From an uncultured Piscinibacter sp. (GTDB lineage Bacteria > Pseudomonadota > Gammaproteobacteria > Burkholderiales > Burkholderiaceae_C), in the NCBI GenBank assembly GCA_964628175.1, contig CAZVLY010000003.1, positions 1 through 49,676 on the forward strand: a stretch of 49,676 bases of DNA, read 5' to 3'. This document shows, in pieces, positions 18,416-28,390 of the stretch. The notes under the pieces are model-generated. The model searched no databases and was not told where the DNA came from. It saw nothing but the letters and a program-made list of their open reading frames with translations. A program made the position numbers and the translations under genes. The first letter of the stretch is position 1. Each line of letters opens with the position of its first letter.

Positions 18416-18682
18416 CTACCCGTTCAGCAGGCCGGCCGTCCTGGCTGCCGGCAGGTTCGGTGCGGAATCCTCGCCCGCGCTGCGCGAAGCGTCGCCGGGC
18501 CGAAGAACTGCATCCTGCTGCGGGCGAGTCTCCACCACCCCCGCTGCCACCAGGCTGCGTTCCAGCCCCAGCATGTCCCGCGCGATGTGGTCGATGCGCG
18601 GGCTGTCCCACACGGCAGCGGAATATGCCGCGTCGAGTTGGTGGCGCAGGCGGTGGTAACGGATGATCAGGTCGTCTTGCAT
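18416..18682 (-). CDS. Small hypothetical protein
   Basis: Amphipathic helical ORF (MQDDLIIRYHRL...) directly downstream of a strong sigma-54 motif. Confidence 0.55.
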   Translation of the reverse strand: MQDDLIIRYHRLRHQLDAAYSAAVWDSPRIDHIARDMLGLERSLVAAGVVETRPQQDAVLRPGDASRSAGEDSAPNLPAARTAGLLNG

Positions 18683-18730
18683 GGGCCGCTGTGCGATGCG
18701 GACCGCGACATGCGGCCCTTCGCGGCATGA

Positions 18731-18747
18731 GGCAAGCGGTGTGCCTG
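18731..18747 (-). promoter_or_regulatory. Sigma-54 promoter (AGGCACA-ccgc-TTGCC)
   Basis: Near-consensus -24/-12, 49 bp upstream of ATG 18682. Confidence 0.7.
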
Positions 18748-18769
18748 ATCCGGACCAGATCACACCGTG

Positions 18770-19093
18770 TCAGCGCACCGCATCGGGTGCGCAGCCCAGC
18801 CTGAGGAACAGGCGCCTCGCCACCCCGCGGGCACGCGCCGCAGCCCCGCCCCTGAAAACCCCATGGACATCGAAGTGCCGCTGCGACAAGGCGTGCATCA
18901 CGCTGGGCAGCTGGCCGCCGAGCTGCGCGGACCTGGCCTCGGGGATGCCGGCCAGCGCGGACTGGAGGCGCCGCGCGATCAGCCGGTAGGCCGTCGCCGG
19001 CGGCGCGGCGCTGCGCTCCAGCGCGTCCAGGCGCTGAGCCAGGTGCACGATGTACAGGCATTGGCCGTACAGGGGATCGGACAGTGGGCGCAT
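18770..19093 (-). CDS. Hypothetical protein
   Basis: GGAG RBS before MRPLSDPLYG; protein-like composition; fills the gap. Confidence 0.5.
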   Translation of the reverse strand: MRPLSDPLYGQCLYIVHLAQRLDALERSAAPPATAYRLIARRLQSALAGIPEARSAQLGGQLPSVMHALSQRHFDVHGVFRGGAAARARGVARRLFLRLGCAPDAVR

Positions 19094-19207
19094 GCGGGGT
19101 CTCCGGGTCGTGACCGACCCAGCATGACCCCGCACGACAAATCCGATCGCCCGAACAAGGCGCTTCGGACGCGCCTCAATCGCCCGCCGCACTGCGGGCG
19201 GGTGGGC

Positions 19208-19729
19208 CTATCGGTAGACCTCGGAGCCTCTGGCGTCGCGCCATTGCTGCTCGAGCTGCTGCGCGTCGTCGTCGCTGCGCGGCCGCACACCCATCAGGAT
19301 GCCGCCTTCCTTGATGCCGCTCTCATACTGCTTCACGCGCGCTTCGGGGATGTTCCAGCCGATCAGAGCGCCGAGCAGCCCGCCGGTGGCACCGCCTGCG
19401 CCCGCACCGGCCAGGGCCGCGGCCACCGGTCCGGCCACGACCAGGCCCAGGCCCGGCAGCACCAGGCTCGTGCCCACCGCCGCCACCGCAGCGGCGATCG
19501 CGCCGATGGTGCCGCCGATGCCCGCGCCGACGCCGGCGCCTTCGGCCGCCTTGGTGCCCAGTTCGGTGTTGCCCGCGTCATCGCCGAAGTGGCGCTCGCG
19601 CGTGTCGCTGGACATCACGAGGTTGATGTCGTCCTTCTTGTAGCCGCGGTCGACTGCGCCCTGGTAGGCGCGTTCGGCGCTGTCGCGGTCGGGGAACAGT
19701 CCGGTGAGGTAGGGGCTGGTTTCGGCCAT
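19208..19729 (-). CDS. Gly-rich membrane protein of general-stress type (YflT/glycine-zipper-like)
   Basis: AGGAG RBS; GLF.DRDSAERA, AAEGAGVGAGIGG, PGLGLVVAGPVAAALAG, IPE...YE.GIKEGGIL. Confidence 0.85.
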   Translation of the reverse strand: MAETSPYLTGLFPDRDSAERAYQGAVDRGYKKDDINLVMSSDTRERHFGDDAGNTELGTKAAEGAGVGAGIGGTIGAIAAAVAAVGTSLVLPGLGLVVAGPVAAALAGAGAGGATGGLLGALIGWNIPEARVKQYESGIKEGGILMGVRPRSDDDAQQLEQQWRDARGSEVYR

Positions 19730-19807
19730 GTCGGTCTCCTGGCAATGAATGGGAATGTGCTGAGTGAAGCAGGCCGGCACTGACGCGCCGGGCCTGAACC
19801 GCTGCAA

Positions 19808-19824
19808 GGCAAACGCCGCGCCTG
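19808..19824 (-). promoter_or_regulatory. Sigma-54 promoter (AGGCGCG-gcgt-TTGCC)
   Basis: GG-N10-GC with TTGC, ~80 bp upstream of ATG 19729. Confidence 0.65.
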
Positions 19825-19834
19825 CCCGGGCCGG

Positions 19835-21358
19835 CTAGCTGTGGCGGCGCCGCCGATCCACGGCGTCGATCTTCAGCATCTGCCTGTACTTGGTCACCGT
19901 GCGTCGTGCCACCACCAGGCCTTGCTCGCCCAACTGGCGCGTGATCTCGGCGTCGGACAAGGGCGAGTCGGCATGCTCGGCGTCAATGATGTCCTTGACC
20001 AGCCCGCGAATCGCCGTTCCCGAGCACGCGCTGCCGTTGGCGCTGACCATCGAGCGAGAGAAGAAGTACTTCAGCTCGTACACGCCGGAAGGCGTGGCCA
20101 TGTACTTGTTGTTGGTGGCACGCGAAACCGTGCTCTCGTGGATCCCCACCGCTTCGGCGATCTCGCGCAGCCCCAGCGGTTTCATCGCCATCGCGCCGTA
20201 GTCCAGGAAGCTTCGCTGCCGCTCGACGATGGCCGCGGCCACCTCCAGGATGGTGGAAAAGCGTTGCTCGACATTGCGCAGTGTCCAGCGCGCTTCCTGC
20301 AGGTTCGCGCCCAGCTCGGCGTTCTGAGCCGTGCGGTGACGCTGGAAGAGCTGCGCGTAGACGCTGTTCAATCGCACCCGCGGCACGATCGCCGGGTTCA
20401 GCTGCACGGTCCACTGGCCGCGCAGCTTCTTCACCACCACGTCGGGCACCACATAGGCCACACGCGACGGGCCGTGGCGCCAGCCGGGCCGCGGATCGAG
20501 TCGCCGGATGCGATCGCACGCCTCTTCGACACGCGCCTGTGATTCGCCCAGCCGCCGTGCGAGTCCGCTGATGTCGCGCGCCGCCAGTGCAGGCAAGTGC
20601 TCGCGCACGATGGTCAGCGCCAGGCCGCGCAGGGCGGGGCAGACGATGGAAGGCAGCTGCAGTTGCAGGCACTCGCCGACATCGCGCGCCGCCACGCCCA
20701 GTGGCTCGAGCGACTGCACGCGCCGCAGAGCGATCTGCATCTCCTCCAGCGTGGGCTTCGGGTCCAGGCCTGCCAGCTCCAGCAGTTCGGGCAGCGGCGT
20801 GCGCAGATAGCCGTCGTCGTCCAGCGACTCGACGATGGTGCGCGCGAGCACCAGGTCGCGCGAAGTCACCGGCAAGAGGTTCAGCTGGCCATGCAGGTGG
20901 TGGTTCAGCGCCGTTTCGACAGCGATCATGTCCAGTGCCGATATCTGGCCATCGTCGGTACTCCGGGTGCCGCTGCCAGCGCCGGCATCGGCCAGCCACA
21001 GGTCACGGTCGCTGGAGCTGTCGGCATCGTCGTTGCCGGTGGCGAGGTCACCGCCGCCGGCGTCGTCGCTGCGGCCCTGTTCGTCGCTGGCGTGCTCCAG
21101 TGCGCCGCGAGCATCGCTGTCACCGTCGCCGGGCAGCCGCTCTCCACGGGTTGCGCCGGCGTCCCCGAACAGGGTCGCCCCCTGCGGATCGTCACCCTCG
21201 CCTTCCTCGATCTCGAGGAACGGGTTCTTGCCGAGCGTGTCGCGCACCATCGTCGCGAAATCGAGCGACGACATCTGCAGCAGGCGCACCGCGTGCTGAA
21301 GTCGTGGCGAGAGGGACTGGGTCTGCCGATGGTCGGCACGCATTTCGATCATGGTCAC
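19835..21358 (-). CDS. rpoN: RNA polymerase sigma-54 factor (probable second paralog)
   Basis: Region I QTQSLSPRLQHAVRLLQMS, HTH IHESTVSRAT, ELKYFF, RpoN box ARRTVTKYR. Confidence 0.96.
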   Translation of the reverse strand: MTMIEMRADHRQTQSLSPRLQHAVRLLQMSSLDFATMVRDTLGKNPFLEIEEGEGDDPQGATLFGDAGATRGERLPGDGDSDARGALEHASDEQGRSDDAGGGDLATGNDDADSSSDRDLWLADAGAGSGTRSTDDGQISALDMIAVETALNHHLHGQLNLLPVTSRDLVLARTIVESLDDDGYLRTPLPELLELAGLDPKPTLEEMQIALRRVQSLEPLGVAARDVGECLQLQLPSIVCPALRGLALTIVREHLPALAARDISGLARRLGESQARVEEACDRIRRLDPRPGWRHGPSRVAYVVPDVVVKKLRGQWTVQLNPAIVPRVRLNSVYAQLFQRHRTAQNAELGANLQEARWTLRNVEQRFSTILEVAAAIVERQRSFLDYGAMAMKPLGLREIAEAVGIHESTVSRATNNKYMATPSGVYELKYFFSRSMVSANGSACSGTAIRGLVKDIIDAEHADSPLSDAEITRQLGEQGLVVARRTVTKYRQMLKIDAVDRRRRHS

Positions 21359-21449
21359 TCGGCGTCTCCTGCGGCCGCTTCATGCGGGCCGCGCTTCTCT
21401 TCGTTTGGGCGAGCTGCAGCGGCATGCGCAGCGTCTGCCGATGCACTCA

Positions 21450-21466
21450 CGCAACGCCCGTGCCGT
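21450..21466 (-). promoter_or_regulatory. Sigma-54 promoter upstream of rpoN (CGGCACG-ggcg-TTGCG)
   Basis: Essentially consensus -24/-12, ~95 bp upstream of the rpoN start. Confidence 0.75.
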
Positions 21467-21655
21467 CATGGGTCGGTGGGCCGGGCTGGATACAAGGCCG
21501 CGACGCTCCCCACCGCGCGCCCGGTGGCGGGCAGCCCCGCTCGCGTGCCGGAATCAGACGCGAGGGCGAGCCAGGCGGCCCTGATTTACCGATTCACCGC
21601 GAGTTGCGGCAAGACATGCATGAGCGCGCCAGCAGAGCTGAGAGCGGCCCGCCAT

Positions 21656-23086
<1,431 letters not shown>

Positions 23087-23336
23087 TGACGGGGTTCCTG
23101 CGGGGCCCGCCGCAGGTTCAGCACGGCGAACCCGCCGCGTTGCGAAGGGAGCCCGGCCGATCCTCGAAGCTGCGCGGGCTGGCCGCAGCACGGTGTCTGT
23201 TCCGTAGCGGACGACAGCCCGTTGTATCACTGCGCGCGCGCATCTTTCGCGTGCTGGACCGCACTTCACGCGCGCCGCGCACCTGTCCTACAGGCACCGC
23301 GCCGCGGGACCTACGGTGCGGTGCGCCGTCCGGTCC

Positions 23337-23852
23337 TTATTCGGCTTCGTCGAGCTCTGCCAGCACCTCGACCTTGCGCTGCGCGATCTGTTCGCCGAGC
23401 AGCTGCAAGTCGATGCCGCTGCCCTGCACTCGCGGAAAGAGTTCGCCTTCCTCCTCGTGGACATGCTGGTCGATGGAGTCCCTGAGCTTCATGACGGCGG
23501 CGTCGTATTGCGTGTCGTCCGGGTCCATCTTCTGAATCTGCGTCATCAGCGCCATGGCGCTGCTGTGCTCGGCTTCTGCCTGGTCGAGCAGCTCCGGTTG
23601 CAGGGTGGCCACGCGAGCCGCGGGGTAGAAGATCTCTTCTTCCACCGTCGCGTGGGCCGTCAGCGCGGTGCAGATCTGCCAGGCCAGGTTGGCGCGCTCG
23701 TCGGCGCTGGCGCCGTCGGTGACCAGGTCCTCGTACTCGTTGAACAGCAGCCTGACGTCTTCATGGTCGGCTGTCAGCAGCTCGATCGCGTCGGCCGTGC
23801 CGGGAACTTGAAACTGGCCTTCGTCTTCATCAGTGGTGGTTTGCGGATTCAT
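23337..23852 (-). CDS. Hemerythrin-like (HHE) domain protein
   Basis: LLTADHEDV, HATVEEEIFYPA, AEAEH, QHVHEEEGELFP. Confidence 0.9.
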   Translation of the reverse strand: MNPQTTTDEDEGQFQVPGTADAIELLTADHEDVRLLFNEYEDLVTDGASADERANLAWQICTALTAHATVEEEIFYPAARVATLQPELLDQAEAEHSSAMALMTQIQKMDPDDTQYDAAVMKLRDSIDQHVHEEEGELFPRVQGSGIDLQLLGEQIAQRKVEVLAELDEAE

Positions 23853-24033
23853 GATGGCTTTCCAGGGTTGGGCCGACCCGGCGACCGCCGGGCCTGGGAT
23901 GCGCACAAGCAATCCGTGCTCCCGCAGTGCGGCCTGGGGGGCAGTTGCCGATCCCTCCCGAATTGCCGCAAGGCTTGCCAACCGACCGGCTCCGGCATTG
24001 GCGACAGCCGGGGAAATGCGCGCACGCGTGCGC

Positions 24034-24050
24034 AGGGTACGGCGATTGCC
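24034..24050 (+). promoter_or_regulatory. Sigma-54 promoter (GGGTACG-gcga-TTGCC)
   Basis: GG-N10-GC with TTGC, 36 bp upstream of ATG 24086. Confidence 0.65.
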
Positions 24051-24085
24051 TTGGCCGGAGTTCACCTTCATTCCGGAGATTCCCG

Positions 24086-24652
24086 ATGCCCACCACCCGT
24101 ACCGCCAGCCGCGCCGCCACCAGCGCCCGCAGCAAGATCCTGAACCAGCTCAAGGACGATCACAAACGCGTGAAGAAGGCCTACCGTGACTTCCAGAAGC
24201 TCGATCTCCAGCAAGACCCGCAAGCCTGCGAGGCGCTGGTGCTGCACGTGCTCGATGAACTGACCGTGCACGCCACGCTGGAAGAGGAGCTGCTCTACCC
24301 GGCCGCGCGCGATGCCATCGCCGACGGCGGCCTGGTGGACGAGGCCGAAGTGGAGCATGAGTCGGTGCACGCGCTGATCGCGCAACTGCGCTCCATGAGC
24401 CCCGATGACGAAAAGTACGCCGCCCGCTTCACCGTGATGTGCGAATACGTGATGCACCACGTGACGGAAGAGGAAAGCGAAATGTTCCCGCTGCTGGAAG
24501 GCTCGCGCCTGGATTGGGAATCGCTGGCCCTGGAGATGAACCAGCGGCGAGAGGAACTGATGCCTGCGCCCGTGACGGGCAGCGACGCCGCCGTGACGGC
24601 CGGCCGCAAGCCGCACGGCAAGGGCGTCGTCGCCATCGGCCGCCGCACCTGA
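24086..24652 (+). CDS. Hemerythrin-like (HHE) domain protein
   Basis: GGAG RBS; LKDDHKRV, HATLEEELLYPA, EAEVEH, HHVTEEESEMFP. Confidence 0.9.
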   Translation: MPTTRTASRAATSARSKILNQLKDDHKRVKKAYRDFQKLDLQQDPQACEALVLHVLDELTVHATLEEELLYPAARDAIADGGLVDEAEVEHESVHALIAQLRSMSPDDEKYAARFTVMCEYVMHHVTEEESEMFPLLEGSRLDWESLALEMNQRREELMPAPVTGSDAAVTAGRKPHGKGVVAIGRRT

Positions 24653-24702
24653 CCCACATCGCCACCTGCTTGTCGGCCCCGCTCATCTCACCGGATACCC
24701 CC

Positions 24703-25896
24703 ATGTCGCCACCACCCGTCCTGCTCGTCTTCTCGCACCTTCGCTGGAGTTTCGTCCATCAGCGCCCGCAACACCTGCTGGCCCGGCTGGCCGGGCAGTG
24801 GCGCGTGGTCTATGTGGAAGAACCCGTTCACTGCGAAGGGCCTGCACACCTCGAAACGCGCGAGATCGCATCAGGTCTGACCGTGCTGGTGCCGCACACG
24901 CCCGTGGCCGCCGCCGGTTTCCACGACGACCAGCTCGGGCTGTTGCAGCCCCTGCTGCAGACGGCACTTCGCGCGCGCGGCCTGCACGTCGATGTGGCCT
25001 GGCTGTACACGCCGATGGCGCTGCCGCTGGCCAAGAGCTTCACTCCCACCTGCCTCGTGTACGACTGCATGGACGAGCTCTCGGGCTTCAAGGACGCACC
25101 GCGGCAGTTGCGCCAGCGTGAGTCCGCGCTGCTCAAGGAAGCGGCTGAGGTGTTCGCCGGCGGGCCTTCGCTCTACGAAGCGCGCCGCAATCTTCACCCC
25201 AGCGTGCACTGCTTCCCCAGCGCGGTGGACGCCGCGCATTTCGCGCCGGCCAATCTGGACCCCGGCTGCGCTCATGCCCGGGCCGCAGCACAGCTTCAGG
25301 ACGGGCTGCCGCGACCCAGACTGGGCTTCTTCGGCGTCATCGACGAACGCATCGACCTCGACCTGGTGGCCGCCATCGCCGACCAGCACCCGGAGTGGGC
25401 CGTGGTCATGGCCGGCCCCGTGGTGAAGATCGACCCGCGGCTGCTGCCGCAACGGCCCAACATCCACTGGCTGGGAATGCAGCCGTACCAGCGCCTGCCC
25501 CATCTGCTGGCGGGGTGGGACCTGTGCCTGATGCCCTTTGCGCTGAACGAGGCCACCCGTTTCATCAGCCCGACCAAGACGCTGGAGTACATGGCCGGCG
25601 ACAAGCCGGTGGTCAGCACGCCGGTGCCCGACGTGATCTCGCTGTACGGCGCCGCGGTGGCGGTCGCGCATGCGCCCGGGCCCTTCGTGCAGGCCTGTGA
25701 AGCCGTGCTGGCCGAGACCGCCGCAGCGCGCTGCAAGCGCAACTGCGAGATGCTGAACACGGTGGCGATCTATTCGTGGCAACGCACGGCCGAATCGATG
25801 GATGGCCTGCTGCAGATGGCCCTGCTTCGTGCCAACCAGCGGCTGGATGCCGCCACGCAAGCGCTGCCGCAACGGGCGTCCGCCGCGGCCAGCTGA
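24703..25896 (+). CDS. GT-B glycosyltransferase, paralog of 10191..11321
   Basis: FSHLRWSFVHQRPQ, YDCMDEL, GFFGVIDERID, ISPTKTLEYMAG. Confidence 0.9.
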   Translation: MSPPPVLLVFSHLRWSFVHQRPQHLLARLAGQWRVVYVEEPVHCEGPAHLETREIASGLTVLVPHTPVAAAGFHDDQLGLLQPLLQTALRARGLHVDVAWLYTPMALPLAKSFTPTCLVYDCMDELSGFKDAPRQLRQRESALLKEAAEVFAGGPSLYEARRNLHPSVHCFPSAVDAAHFAPANLDPGCAHARAAAQLQDGLPRPRLGFFGVIDERIDLDLVAAIADQHPEWAVVMAGPVVKIDPRLLPQRPNIHWLGMQPYQRLPHLLAGWDLCLMPFALNEATRFISPTKTLEYMAGDKPVVSTPVPDVISLYGAAVAVAHAPGPFVQACEAVLAETAAARCKRNCEMLNTVAIYSWQRTAESMDGLLQMALLRANQRLDAATQALPQRASAAAS

Positions 25897-26058
25897 ACGG
25901 CCCCGCAGCGCCAGGGCCCCCGCCCGCGTGGCGGGGAGTGTCATTGCACGGAAGCGGCCCAGGACGTGCGGAGGCCGACCTTCCTGGCGGGATGCGGCCG
26001 CGCCCGTGCCGGTGCGGGCATCGGGCAAGCAGGGTGACTGCCGCCGCGCGACTCGCGC

Positions 26059-26075
26059 TGGGCATGCACCTTGCC
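26059..26075 (+). promoter_or_regulatory. Sigma-54 promoter (GGGCATG-cacc-TTGCC)
   Basis: GG-N10-GC with TTGC, 72 bp upstream of ATG 26147. Confidence 0.7.
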
Positions 26076-26146
26076 CCGTGTCCGCACTGATTGCGATGAG
26101 CCCCTTCATTCGCAGCGGCTCTCCCTCTTCAACCAAGGAGTTGGTC

Positions 26147-26344
26147 ATGGAAGTATCGAACGCGATGGGCGGTCTCATCCCGCTGTGGATCCTGGGCGCG
26201 CCGCTCCTGGGCGGGCTGATCACGCTGGCGATCACGCCCAAGGCTCGTTCCCGCAACGACGAGCAATACCTGCGTGATTCGCGCCTGGCGCAATCTGCCC
26301 GTCAGCTTCAGCCGGTCAGCGGCCTGAGCCCCCTGCGGCTGTAA
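26147..26344 (+). CDS. Small single-pass membrane protein (65 aa)
   Basis: AAGGAG RBS; hydrophobic GGLIPLWILGAPLLGGLITLAIT. Confidence 0.7.
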   Translation: MEVSNAMGGLIPLWILGAPLLGGLITLAITPKARSRNDEQYLRDSRLAQSARQLQPVSGLSPLRL

Positions 26345-26353
26345 GACCGCGGT

Positions 26354-26381
26354 GGGGCCCGGCTCGCGATGGCCGGGCCCC
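26354..26381. terminator. GC-rich hairpin between convergent genes
   Basis: GGGGCCCGGC-N8-GCCGGGCCCC, 10-bp stem; no U-tract. Confidence 0.5.
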
Positions 26382-26382
26382 G

Positions 26383-26856
26383 TCACGGGGCTCGGGGCTT
26401 CGGGGTGTCCTTCGGTGCGGGCACCGGAGCCTGGCCAGGCCGCGTCCGGGGCGGCGTCTCGTGCGCACCGGGAATGTTGTCTCCTTCGCCCTCGAGCCCA
26501 CGGCCTTCAGGGTCCTCGTCCTGCGGCGTTCCTTGTTCGACCAGATCCGCGGCTGCAGCACTGTCGATGAACGCGAGATCAGGATCCTCATCGTCATGCA
26601 GTTTCCCGCCGGCGCCTTGGTCGTCGGGGCCATGCGAGAAGACGCGGTCGATACCGATGTCCCGGGTGCCCGCGTGCCGCACATCGACACCGCGCCGGGC
26701 GGGGTGGCGCTCGACGGGATCGTCCGAGTCGATGTCCTCCAATCCGGCCCTGTCGCTGCCACTGTCGCTGCTGTCGCCCGGGCCGAGTGCCCCGGTCTCA
26801 CGACCCGCGGGTTCGGTGGCGGCGGATTCAAGTCCAAGCAAGCTGCTGCGTCCCAT
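26383..26856 (-). CDS. Acidic, probably disordered hypothetical protein
   Basis: AGGAG RBS; ALGPGDSSDSGSD and DIGIDRV motifs; D/E/G/P-rich. Confidence 0.75.
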   Translation of the reverse strand: MGRSSLLGLESAATEPAGRETGALGPGDSSDSGSDRAGLEDIDSDDPVERHPARRGVDVRHAGTRDIGIDRVFSHGPDDQGAGGKLHDDEDPDLAFIDSAAAADLVEQGTPQDEDPEGRGLEGEGDNIPGAHETPPRTRPGQAPVPAPKDTPKPRAP

Positions 26857-26897
26857 GGGGTGCTCCTGATGCGCGGGTCCATCCCGCAGGGCTCCGC

Positions 26898-26914
26898 GGC
26901 AAAGGGCGTTCCAC
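26898..26914 (-). promoter_or_regulatory. Sigma-54 promoter (TGGAACG-ccct-TTGCC)
   Basis: Near consensus, 42 bp upstream of ATG 26856. Confidence 0.7.
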
Positions 26915-26939
26915 CATGGGAAGCGAGTCTGGCGAGGGC

Positions 26940-26956
26940 CAGGCATGCGCGTTGCC
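26940..26956 (+). promoter_or_regulatory. Sigma-54 promoter (AGGCATG-cgcg-TTGCC)
   Basis: Near consensus, 84 bp upstream of ATG 27040. Confidence 0.7.
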
Positions 26957-27039
26957 CCAGTAGCACACGGCATTCGCCGCGCACCGTGGCCCGCCACAAA
27001 CGGGGCATGCGGTTTTTGACTGAAACTGGAGAGTAATCA

Positions 27040-27555
27040 ATGAGCAAGACTTTCAAATTGATGAGCGGCGTTGCAGCCGCATGTCTGGCCGTCGCAGGCG
27101 GTGTCGCATGGGCGCAGTCGAGCACGACGCCCAACGCCAACACGGGCACGGGCGCCACCACCAGCACCATGCCGGGCAGCACGGGCACGACGCCGTCCAC
27201 GAGTTCGGGCACTCGCACGGACAACGCCGTTTCCGGCAGCGCTTCGGCGTCGGGCCCCAGCAGCACCGGCAGCAATGCGGGCAGCACGGGCACCAACTCG
27301 GGCAACACGGGCGCCATGGGCGGCACCTCGGGCACCTCGGGCACCTCGGGCACCTCGGGCACCTCGGGGAGCACGGGCACCATGGGCACCATGGGTGGAA
27401 CCTCGGACAGCACGGACAGCACGCGCGGCATGGGCACCGGCGGCAACAGCGGCTCGATGTCCAACAATGGCGCGCGGAGCAATTCGACCGGGATGGGCAG
27501 CGGCGCGATGAACAGCGACGGCAGCATGCGTCCGGCACGCGCCGATCGCAACTGA
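27040..27555 (+). CDS. Exported Ser/Thr/Gly-rich low-complexity protein
   Basis: GGAG RBS; Sec signal ending AWA-Q; S/T/G/M-rich body; basic C-terminus RPARADRN. Confidence 0.85.
   Translation: MSKTFKLMSGVAAACLAVAGGVAWAQSSTTPNANTGTGATTSTMPGSTGTTPSTSSGTRTDNAVSGSASASGPSSTGSNAGSTGTNSGNTGAMGGTSGTSGTSGTSGTSGSTGTMGTMGGTSDSTDSTRGMGTGGNSGSMSNNGARSNSTGMGSGAMNSDGSMRPARADRN
27322..27366 (+). repeat. Tandem repeat (GGCACCTCG)x5 encoding (GTS)5
   Basis: Five exact 9-bp units, in frame. Confidence 0.95.
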
Positions 27556-27572
27556 TCCGTCGTTGACCTGCC

Positions 27573-27610
27573 TCGCCGGGCGCGCCGTGTGACTACGGTG
27601 CGCCCGGCGA
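27573..27610. terminator. Long hairpin downstream of the exported-protein gene
   Basis: TCGCCGGGCGCGCCGT-gtgact-ACGGTGCGCCCGGCGA. Confidence 0.6.
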
Positions 27611-27650
27611 CACCTTGTCCCCCTTGAACGGCGTCTGCGCCGCCAGGGTT

Positions 27651-27840
27651 TCAGGGAGCACGTAGACCACCCCCCGCTGCGTTGCGGTCTGCCTGGGCGA
27701 GCTGCGTGGCATGAACGCGCAAGGCGGAGTCCGGTGCCGTTCCGCTCAACACCACCTGGCCGTCACCGGCACGGACCTGGATCGCCAAGTCGTGCAGCTG
27801 CAGGTCCTGCGACAGTCGTGACTGGACCTTCTTCGTGATG
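27651..27840 (-). pseudogene. BON-domain remnant
   Basis: ITKKVQSRLSQD...IQVRAGDGQVVLSGTAP resembles one BON domain; no credible start or signal peptide; truncated end. Confidence 0.55.
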
Positions 27841-27958
27841 CAGGCCCGGGGCTGGCGAGATGCGACGCCGGCCCGTCGGTGCCGAAGCGGGGACATCGCC
27901 GACAAGACTCCGTGGGGCGCGGCAGCGTTGAATGCGCTGCAGTGCGCAGCGCTGCTGC

Positions 27959-27975
27959 AAGGCATGCCGCTTGCC
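27959..27975 (+). promoter_or_regulatory. Sigma-54 promoter (AGGCATG-ccgc-TTGCC)
   Basis: Near consensus, 50 bp upstream of ATG 28025. Confidence 0.7.
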
Positions 27976-28024
27976 CCGAATCGACACGGGCCACTTCGCC
28001 CGCATCCACAGGAGCAATCTCATC

Positions 28025-28297
28025 ATGATCAACTTCATTGCCTGGCTCGTCGTCGGGGGACTCATCGGCTGGATCGCCAGCATGATCATGCGCACCGACG
28101 CGCAGCAGGGGGTCATCCTGAACATCATCGTCGGGATCGTCGGCGCAACACTGGGCGGCTGGCTGATCTCGCCGCTGGTCGGCATGCCGACCATCAACCA
28201 GGACGCGTTCAGCATGGGCCCGTTGCTGGTTTCCCTGGTGGGCGCAGTCATCCTGCTCGCGATCGTGAACCTGTTCCGACGCGGTACGGCACGCTGA
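28025..28297 (+). CDS. GlsB/YeaQ/YmgE family stress-response membrane protein
   Basis: AGGAG RBS; WLVVGGLIGWIAS, LNIIVGIVGA.LGG, SLVGAVILL. Confidence 0.93.
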   Translation: MINFIAWLVVGGLIGWIASMIMRTDAQQGVILNIIVGIVGATLGGWLISPLVGMPTINQDAFSMGPLLVSLVGAVILLAIVNLFRRGTAR

Positions 28298-28390
28298 TCC
28301 AGGTCGCTCTTGACGGCGGGCGCGGGCCGATCGACTGCAAGATGCAGGCGACCGGCCCGCGCCCCGTCCTCGGTCGCGCCCTCCCCGCGT

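Noticed and set aside
18690-18704. TGTGCG-atg-CGGACC (also GTTCG-cga-CGAAC at 3-15)
   Set aside because: 3-bp rather than 4-bp spacer; not counted among the palindromic sites.
23968-23980. TGGCAAG-cc-TTGC on the minus strand
   Set aside because: Spacing is two bases too short for a sigma-54 promoter.
27081-27566. His-rich alternative frame (HLGHLGHLG...) and the Cys/Pro/Arg-rich antisense frame
   Set aside because: Frame-shifted readings of the (GGCACCTCG)n repeat. The 27040 frame has the RBS and signal peptide.
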